The notes beneath the pieces were generated by a model. The model saw only the letters and a list, made by a program, of their open reading frames with translations. It made no database searches and was not told where the DNA came from. From the IMG/VR virus record IMGVR_UViG_3300030118_002829, positions 1-64,000 of that record: DNA of 64,000 bases, one strand, 5' to 3'. The translations under genes were made by a program, and so were the position numbers. The stretch's first letter is position 1, and the number at the start of each line of letters is the position of its first letter. Positions 57,753-64,000 of the stretch are shown here, piece by piece. The stretch is from an uncultured virus (IMG/VR IMGVR_UViG_3300030118_002829) (Duplodnaviria; Heunggongvirae; Uroviricota; Caudoviricetes).

Positions 57753-58411
57753 TGTAATTTCTCCTGCATTTGTTTCTTAATATCTAACCAAACTTGAGGA
57801 TGTTGTTGAGCCAACACCTCTTGGACTACTTGCATCTGATGAACAATAATCGTATCTTGTCTCTTGTGAACCAGTTGTCCTTTGAACTCCAACATATACT
57901 TCAATGATTCACGAATCTCTTTTGCAAGTTTCGTTAAACTATCAATGTATTTTGGATTAAGGTCATCTTCAGCAAACAATAACTCAATCTTTTCTTCTAG
58001 ACGATGAATGTTTACTGACAACAAATCAATTTCATTCAAATCTCTTTTCATGATTTCCATTGCCGCAGATTGTTGAACAAGTGGTTTCAAGTGTTTATTC
58101 ATGTGTTTCATGACTTGCTGACGACTAATCCCTAAATCAGCCGCAACTGTTGAAGGTGAAATCTCTCCTTCATGGATAGCCATCTCTAGAACTTTTCTTT
58201 CGGGACTAACACATAATGCACATTTAGGATTTGATTGGTCAGTATAATCAGTATCCATGTGATTTCTCAAATGTCTAGCAGAAACTCCACTAGTCCATCC
58301 CATTTCTTCATCTAGTTCATCGGGCGTAACTTGTTTTGAAGAAAGCCTTTCCTCTAATTGGTCCCTATCGGGATGCTGACAGAGTTTACAGTGCTTTCTT
58401 GTTTTAGCCAT
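57749..58411 (-). CDS. Zn-finger/HTH DNA-binding protein, candidate terminase small subunit
   Basis: Two CxxC...HTH...HxxxH repeats followed by coiled coil. Confidence 0.55.
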   Translation of the reverse strand: MAKTRKHCKLCQHPDRDQLEERLSSKQVTPDELDEEMGWTSGVSARHLRNHMDTDYTDQSNPKCALCVSPERKVLEMAIHEGEISPSTVAADLGISRQQVMKHMNKHLKPLVQQSAAMEIMKRDLNEIDLLSVNIHRLEEKIELLFAEDDLNPKYIDSLTKLAKEIRESLKYMLEFKGQLVHKRQDTIIVHQMQVVQEVLAQQHPQVWLDIKKQMQEKLQ

Positions 58412-58972
58412 TTAATCACCTAATTCTTTTATCATCAATAAATTCCATTCTATCTTCAAAAGTTCCATCTCTCTTTAATTGGGCATAAATAGATTCTATT
58501 GTATATGGGCCTCTCCCACTACTATATTCATCACTTACCCAAGCCATTAGTTTCTTATCACTTAGAAAATGAATTCTAACTGGTTCCTTTTTTACTATTT
58601 TTTGGCCCCACAAACCATCTGACCAACTTTTCTTAATTTTTGAATTAGCCACTGCCTGTTCATACGCTGACGACCAAGGAAAACCCGTAACCTTTCTTCC
58701 ACCACCTGCTNNNNNNNNNNGTCTAGCAGAAACTCCGCTAGTCCATCCCATTTCTTCATCTAGTTCATCGGGCGTAACTTGTTTTGAAGAAAGCCTTTCC
58801 TCTAATTGGTCCCTATCGGGATGCTGACAGAGTTTACAGTGCTTTCTTGTTTTAGCCATTTAATCAACCCCACAAACCATCTGACCAACTTTTCTTAATT
58901 TTTGAATTAGCCAATGCCTGTTCATACGCTGACGACCAAGGAAAACCCGTAACCTTTCTTCCACCACCTGCT
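58273..58972. repeat. Duplicated segments around a 10-N scaffold gap (two alleles assembled in tandem)
   Basis: 58273-58418 = 58721-58866 (1 SNP seen); 58606-58710 = 58868-58972 (1 SNP seen); N-run at 58711-58720. Confidence 0.85.
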
Positions 58973-60099
58973 GATGAAAGTAATAGTGGTTTACCGTTAG
59001 CCCCCAAATGAGGAGGAACAATAAAGTCTTGACGAACAAATCTGTTAATTAGACGATTAACCGTAGCATCAGTAAATTTAATCTTAAACTCCTTTACATC
59101 ATCCATTCCACTAATATCTTTTAGATATGGAGCAATTGAAGTCAAATATCTTTGAGTTTGTTTTTGTTGGCCCTTGAATGTAAAATTATTCAATCTAGCA
59201 GTAATACCTCTAGTCCCACCATACATCAATTGATGACCACCACCACGATATGAATTTCTGTCGCCCAAAATCTTTCTAATCTCTCTCAACAACTGAGGTA
59301 GTTTAGATAATGCTTCTACCTTATTGGCAAAATCTCCTTTATCATTAATGATAATCTCTTTGATGAATGCCCCTTCCATAGCCTTTTGGAAATCTTGAAG
59401 GATAGCCAAGAGTCCTTTTTCAATAGTATCTCCTTTTCCTCCTCCGCTAATCCCATCGGCCCCTGCGAATATTGCTTGCCAAAATGGAGGTTTTGCTTCA
59501 TTCTTATCGTTACTATACCAACTAGAAGAAACTGCGCTTTGTTCATTTTCACTACCATGAACCTTTTCTCTAGACCTAACATAAATCGGAGTTCGATAAT
59601 GACCATAAACAATTTGTTCTCCAATATCAGCCATTTTACCTTTTACTGGCGCAACATCTTGTGGTTGAGTAAACGGAATATTTCTTGGGTCTTCATCTCC
59701 TCCCGACATTTCTTGTAAATTCTTAATCAATCGAAGAATATCTTTTTCATCATCTTCTTCCAATATTGACTGCTCATCTAGAATTAAAGAATCTAATAGT
59801 TTAACGACCCTATCTCCTCCCCTTCTAGCGGTTTGGTTAGGTCTTACTACTCTACTGGAAATATGGTCTTGCACATGCAGTAACAGTGTATCGCTACCTG
59901 CTCCATCTCTGTGTCCATTACCAGTAACTCCAATATCGGCCAATGATAATCCTTGACAATCACTTTTCCATTTTGTATATTGTCTTTGAATGGTCCCAAT
60001 CTCTTGACCTAATTCTTGGTCAATTAGAGCATTCTTAACTTGAACCATTCTCTTTTTCTTAACAGGTGGGGCCTTTAATAGCAAACTAGCCCAATTCAT
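58864..60099 (-). CDS. Hypothetical protein, MNWASLLLK N-terminus
   Basis: 411-aa ORF. Confidence 0.72.
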   Translation of the reverse strand: MNWASLLLKAPPVKKKRMVQVKNALIDQELGQEIGTIQRQYTKWKSDCQGLSLADIGVTGNGHRDGAGSDTLLLHVQDHISSRVVRPNQTARRGGDRVVKLLDSLILDEQSILEEDDEKDILRLIKNLQEMSGGDEDPRNIPFTQPQDVAPVKGKMADIGEQIVYGHYRTPIYVRSREKVHGSENEQSAVSSSWYSNDKNEAKPPFWQAIFAGADGISGGGKGDTIEKGLLAILQDFQKAMEGAFIKEIIINDKGDFANKVEALSKLPQLLREIRKILGDRNSYRGGGHQLMYGGTRGITARLNNFTFKGQQKQTQRYLTSIAPYLKDISGMDDVKEFKIKFTDATVNRLINRFVRQDFIVPPHLGANGKPLLLSSAGGGRKVTGFPWSSAYEQALANSKIKKSWSDGLWG

Positions 60100-60374
60100 T
60101 CTTCATCTTCCTCCTTTTTCTTTTTCTTTTTTCCATAAAGAGGTCTAGGTTCAAGACCTGCGGTAGTAGTAGTAACGGCTCCTGCTAGTTTAAGCATCTT
60201 AACCCATCTACCGTGGGCTTGCCCCACTGATGGTAGCCTTAGATTATTCCTCCTAGCCACCCTTCTTTCGGCTTCCGCCTGTAACATATTTCCAAATCTC
60301 ATCATATCTTCTACATCTTTACGATATTGTGGATATTGTTGAATAAATTCTGTTTGAATGATAGCCATGAACAA
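60096..60374 (-). CDS. Small protein with internal WVKMLK motif
   Basis: UBA-like helix pattern, then GAVTTTTAG and a charged tail. Confidence 0.6.
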   Translation of the reverse strand: MFMAIIQTEFIQQYPQYRKDVEDMMRFGNMLQAEAERRVARRNNLRLPSVGQAHGRWVKMLKLAGAVTTTTAGLEPRPLYGKKKKKKEEDEE

Positions 60375-60422
60375 ACCCGCTTTTTCAACCGTAGATAATC
60401 CCCGTTTATTTCCTTTGTTATT

Positions 60423-61277
60423 TTAAACCGATAACTCTAATCTATTGTTCATATTCCTCATCCACTCAGTAACAAAGGATAATTCCTCTAGATTTACACC
60501 AGTTTCATATCCCCTATTATCCAAATAATGCACCAACTGATTAGTTGAAATATTTCTTCCACTTTGAGGAATAAAAGGGCATCCACCAAGACCAGCAATA
60601 CTCGCATCAAACTTCGTTATTCCCCAATCTAAAGCCGCATCAACATTAGCAAAAATATCAGTTTCTCCATTTTTTCTCTCATGTAAGTGTAAAGTTACAT
60701 CCGAATCAAATTTTCTAGTCATTTCAAGTGTTTGAAGCAACTTTGTAGGAAAAGCCGAACCAATTGTGTCACAGAGGACTATCTCACTAGCAATTTCACT
60801 TGCCATTTCAAAGGATTTTAACAAATCATACTCAGAAATGTTGCCTGTAAGGGGACAACCAAACGCACAAGAGATATATGCACGAACATTTTCTCTTTTT
60901 TCCTCCTCTAACATGTTTTTTATCTCTGGAAATGCCTCATTTAAGGTCCTTCCAAGATTTCTCATGTTAAATTCATCCGAAGGAGAAAAATATACATTAA
61001 ATCTCGATACTCCAACCGCTTTTGCCCTATCATAACCCCTTTGATTAGGCACCAAAGCCGCAAAATTCGCCAAATCCTTAGTTTGACTAAATACATCTTC
61101 CGCATCTGACATATGAGGGACCATTTTTGGATGAACAAATGATGCAACTTCAATATCTTCTAGTCCACCACGATATAATTCGTTTATCATCTTGACTTTT
61201 TCACTGGTATCTAAACTAAATTTACTGTTTTGCAAGCCATCTCTAGGTCCTACTTCATAAATCTCAATATCCTTCAT
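60423..61277 (-). CDS. hmgL: Hydroxymethylglutaryl-CoA lyase (DRE-TIM metallolyase)
   Basis: EVGPRDGLQN, SFVHPK.VP.M.DA, LCDTIG, HLH, GLGGCPF with catalytic Cys. Confidence 0.9.
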   Translation of the reverse strand: MKDIEIYEVGPRDGLQNSKFSLDTSEKVKMINELYRGGLEDIEVASFVHPKMVPHMSDAEDVFSQTKDLANFAALVPNQRGYDRAKAVGVSRFNVYFSPSDEFNMRNLGRTLNEAFPEIKNMLEEEKRENVRAYISCAFGCPLTGNISEYDLLKSFEMASEIASEIVLCDTIGSAFPTKLLQTLEMTRKFDSDVTLHLHERKNGETDIFANVDAALDWGITKFDASIAGLGGCPFIPQSGRNISTNQLVHYLDNRGYETGVNLEELSFVTEWMRNMNNRLELSV

Positions 61278-61344
61278 CTTAAAACCCCATTACTAGCGAT
61301 AATTTACCTAGTAATATATCCAATTTAAAGATGCCTCTGATTTT

Positions 61345-62148
61345 TTATCTAATATCCTTTCTATTATTTATTTCACTCAAAGTCAGTTCCTTATACTCAT
61401 AGAAATTTTTGTTTACTTCGGGCAATTCCCAATCATCTTCTTTCCATTCTTTTTTGAATTCATCATAGAGTTCAAACGCTTTTTTACGATTTTCATTCGC
61501 TTTATTTATCCAAGATTCTAGGTATTGTTTCTTTTGTTCTTGTAGAATATCTCTACTATATTTCAATTTAGGAACTTTTGCGCTTTCCATATATTGTTTT
61601 AATTCCTCATATGATTCTGTTAGGTTAGGATATTGGTTTGTTTTTTTGAAATAATTGTAATCAAGTTCGGCTTCTTTCAATACTTCTTTTATTCCTATTG
61701 GCTCACCTACAACTGCCATAAATTTCATTTCTGATTCATCGAAGAACGGTCTATATCCCATCGTGTTTGCTTTTGGTCTACCAAGTGTTGCTCCCTTACT
61801 TTTGAATATTTTATTAGCCTCAAACAATGTATATCCCGCATTTAATGGAGGGATTTCTTTTACATTTTTATCTAACCATTGGGCTTCTTTTTTATATCCA
61901 CCATATCTATCGGGTTCTCCTTTGATAAACCAATAAACGGAACTATTCCAATAAGTAAAACCAAAGAAAGGAGCAAAACTACCTGCTTGAGCATCACCTT
62001 CTTTTCCTTCTCCACCACTACCTGTTCTTTTGTAGAATAAGACCTTCTCATCTCCTAAGTCTGCAAGTAAAATTGGCCTACCATCTATCTCCATTAGCCA
62101 CTCATAAGAAATATCTTGTTTAAGAATAACCATCCATTTGGGTAGCAT
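61345..62148 (-). CDS. Hypothetical protein with KWMVILK N-terminal motif
   Basis: ATG at 62148 after AGGTGAG SD; LFYKRTG...FAPFFG core. Confidence 0.7.
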   Translation of the reverse strand: MLPKWMVILKQDISYEWLMEIDGRPILLADLGDEKVLFYKRTGSGGEGKEGDAQAGSFAPFFGFTYWNSSVYWFIKGEPDRYGGYKKEAQWLDKNVKEIPPLNAGYTLFEANKIFKSKGATLGRPKANTMGYRPFFDESEMKFMAVVGEPIGIKEVLKEAELDYNYFKKTNQYPNLTESYEELKQYMESAKVPKLKYSRDILQEQKKQYLESWINKANENRKKAFELYDEFKKEWKEDDWELPEVNKNFYEYKELTLSEINNRKDIR

Positions 62149-62243
62149 ATTTCTCACCTAACTTTTTCAAAAAATGACCTGTAATTTGTGTGGGACTAGC
62201 AAAAATTTTTTGGGGCTTATCGTCTATTTCCAGCCAAATGCCT

Positions 62244-62540
62244 TTAATCCTCCAATAACATTTTACTTATATCGTCTAACGATAACAGTTCGCTTATTCT
62301 TTTATGAGCAACAGTTTGGCGTTTAGCGACAGGCACATTCAATCCGTTATCGCTACTCGATTTAGTAGCAAAATCATCTAAGGAAGTCTGTGTAGTCTTT
62401 TTCCTTGTTGCATCTAACAATTCTTTTAGCAATCCTTCAGCGTCCTTTAACGCTTTATTGGCAATATCCGTTTTTACCTTTGCTTCGTGCATTAATTTAT
62501 TGATTTCCCTTACGGCCTCAAAAACATCATCATCATCCAT
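62244..62540 (-). CDS. Coiled-coil protein with PIP box
   Basis: QTSLDDF motif after a coiled coil. Confidence 0.65.
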   Translation of the reverse strand: MDDDDVFEAVREINKLMHEAKVKTDIANKALKDAEGLLKELLDATRKKTTQTSLDDFATKSSSDNGLNVPVAKRQTVAHKRISELLSLDDISKMLLED

Positions 62541-62721
62541 TGGAAACGCCTACTGATGCAAGCCTACTGTCGTTTAACTAATGAAGATATTGTTTATTCA
62601 TTAAATTTTAATGGTGTAAGGCTTATCGTTTAACGACTATCAAATAAAAAATTTTTTCACAAAGCCATATGGTTGTAGGCTTTGCAAACAACCTTGATAG
62701 GTAATCCGCAAACCTACTATC

Positions 62722-62922
62722 ATGAATGCAGAGGATATAGCAAGCCACATCGTTAATCTTACTATGAGATTAGATAACCAAAAAGAATTGAAAAAGGCAT
62801 GGCAGGTTATTAGTAAAGCACTATTATATCTAAGTGCTAAAGATGACTTCTTTACAAGAGAACAAGAGTCATTAGAAATAATAGGTAGAATGAAAGAAGA
62901 ACGATTGGAGGATTTAGTATGA
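62722..62922 (+). CDS. Hypothetical small protein, probably early
   Basis: 66-aa ORF starting the + strand cluster. Confidence 0.65.
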   Translation: MNAEDIASHIVNLTMRLDNQKELKKAWQVISKALLYLSAKDDFFTREQESLEIIGRMKEERLEDLV

Positions 62923-63170
62923 GTGATGAAGTAGCGGAATGGTGTGGTTATAATTCTACATGGGATATGCTCACATATCATCTTGACAAAGAAGAATTAA
63001 TGAACCTTCTTCAAGAGTTTGTCTATGAAGATAAGCAAGGTTGGATAGCAGAAATCATTGAAGATTTAGCAAAACAACATTATGAATGGGTAGACCATGA
63101 AAGGATTAAAGCAGACCATGAAGATAGAATGTATCAAGAATACAAAGACAAGATAAGAGGGATAGAATGA
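62919..63170 (+). CDS. Hypothetical small acidic protein
   Basis: 83-aa ORF, GGAGG SD. Confidence 0.68.
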   Translation: MSDEVAEWCGYNSTWDMLTYHLDKEELMNLLQEFVYEDKQGWIAEIIEDLAKQHYEWVDHERIKADHEDRMYQEYKDKIRGIE

Positions 63171-63274
63171 CACAAGCAGGGATAATTAGATGTTTCAACT
63201 GCAAACGCTCAATAGGATATTGTGTATCCTTTGGGTGTGAACCAATAGAGGATAATCCTCGCCCTTCGGGGTAG
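63167..63274 (+). CDS. Tiny Cys-rich peptide (not in ORF track)
   Basis: MTQAGIIRCFNCKRSIGYCVSFGC...; ATGA coupling. Confidence 0.45.
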   Translation: MTQAGIIRCFNCKRSIGYCVSFGCEPIEDNPRPSG

Positions 63275-63352
63275 TTTACAAAGCACTACCATATGGTGAG
63301 GCAACTTTGAGATGACACGAACCTCATAACGAATTAGTGTTTACTACTATTG

Positions 63353-63478
63353 ATGGTAACTACTAGTTATTCGGATGATTGTGCATGTTGTGGAAAAGAA
63401 ATACACATTGACATGGATGGAGGATACCTTTGGGAAGGTTCTTTCGCTTGTGAGGAATGTATTGAGGAGATGGATTAA
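63353..63478 (+). CDS. Tiny zinc-finger protein (not in ORF track)
   Basis: CACCGKEI...FACEEC, two CxxC motifs. Confidence 0.6.
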   Translation: MVTTSYSDDCACCGKEIHIDMDGGYLWEGSFACEECIEEMD

Positions 63479-63553
63479 TGGAATTAGTAATTAGGATAGA
63501 AACGGAAGAATGGATATACGAGGAGTGGATTGAAGATGAAAGCAAGTGAATTA

Positions 63554-63667
63554 ATGACAATGACATATAAACAAGTAGAAGAAATTGAACAACAATTATG
63601 GAAAGATTGGGAAATCGCAAGTAATGTTTTGAAAGTATTGAAGGCAATGAATAAGGAGGAAGAATGA
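63554..63667 (+). CDS. Tiny helical protein (not in ORF track)
   Basis: MTMTYKQVEEIEQQLWKDWEIASNVLKVLKAMNKEEE; coupled to next ORF. Confidence 0.45.
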   Translation: MTMTYKQVEEIEQQLWKDWEIASNVLKVLKAMNKEEE

Positions 63668-63840
63668 TGTTTCAAAGAAGACATATGCAAGCCGTAGCAG
63701 ACGAGGTAATGACATGGGACAAAACCATGAGCAAGAAACAGATAGTGGATAACCTCTGTTCGCTTTTTGCTTATTACAACCCAAATTTCAAGCCTGACAG
63801 ATTTAGAAAAGCCTGTTCAGCGTTTGAAGGGGAGTTGTGA
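63664..63840 (+). CDS. Small phage protein (not in ORF track)
   Basis: MMFQRRHMQAVA...YNPNFKPDRFRKAC, the NP.F...RF..AC motif common in small phage proteins; AGGAGG SD. Confidence 0.65.
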   Translation: MMFQRRHMQAVADEVMTWDKTMSKKQIVDNLCSLFAYYNPNFKPDRFRKACSAFEGEL

Positions 63841-63847
63841 GGCGGTT

Positions 63848-63869
63848 GGAGTGGGGTAACGCCCACTCC
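63848..63869 (+). terminator. GC-rich stem-loop after small-gene cluster
   Basis: GGAGTGGG-gtaacg-CCCACTCC, perfect 8-bp stem. Confidence 0.5.
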
Positions 63870-64000
63870 TTCTGCTATTCCTCAAAGTTAGCGAAGGAGT
63901 TCTAGCATTACCATATGGTTTTGAAATATGTGGGTATTCCTGAAGAAAAAAGACAGGATTTCTTCGGAAGCGTTAATTAATCTCAAATCTCTAGCAAGTT

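Larger units (their letters stand above)
62664..63919. promoter_or_regulatory. Three copies of palindromic (A/G)CCATATGGT at gene-cluster boundaries
   Basis: 62664-62673, 63288-63297, 63910-63919, each intergenic and preceded by AAAG or AGCA(C/T)T. Confidence 0.5.

Noticed and set aside
58416..58859. 147-aa ORF that looks like a paralog of the Zn/HTH protein
   Set aside because: It spans the 10-N gap and joins the start of one gene to the end of another; an assembly chimera
8712..61035. Many + strand ORFs of 60-141 aa within the late arm, and - strand ORFs within the replication arm
   Set aside because: Antisense shadows of long genes with Ser/Leu/Phe-rich composition, no SD and no motifs
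63363..63784. Three - strand ORFs at the window end
   Set aside because: The + strand holds a chain of coupled micro-ORFs with SD sites and recognisable motifs
1..64000. tRNA/rRNA genes, integrase, tail sheath
   Set aside because: None recognised by eye; tRNAscan-SE and HMM searches would be needed to exclude them formally

Overview
This 64 kb window is most of the genome of a tailed, HK97-fold dsDNA archaeal virus with siphovirus-type tail genes (no sheath seen). The best match by inference is a magrovirus infecting Marine Group II/Poseidoniales: AT-rich DNA, GGTGA-type Shine-Dalgarno sites, archaeal replication proteins, a split PolB, and a ligase inside the head module. Positions 1-7.8 kb (+) are the replication module: MazG, PolB C-terminal half, Cas4-like nuclease, PriS-PriL primase, ERCC4 nuclease, MCM-like helicase and a DEDD exonuclease. 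Positions 7.8-62.5 kb (-) are the late/structural arm: tail fibre, a 3509-aa tail protein, tape measure, frameshifted tail chaperone, tail tube, adaptor, MCP, protease-scaffold, DNA ligase, portal, LAGLIDADG protein, TerL, many small basic proteins and HMG-CoA lyase. Positions 62.7-64 kb (+) hold tiny, probably early, genes. Top leads: (1) a five-gene Arf/Sar1-like small GTPase plus membrane-protein cassette inside the virion operon, a candidate membrane-remodelling/egress system; (2) a recurrent N-terminal M[ST]WxxILK peptide on about a dozen otherwise unrelated proteins, a candidate capsid-targeting and protease-cleavage tag; (3) an unannotated 28-aa peptide made of two PCNA-binding PIP boxes. 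All calls come from motif recognition by eye; no database searches were run.
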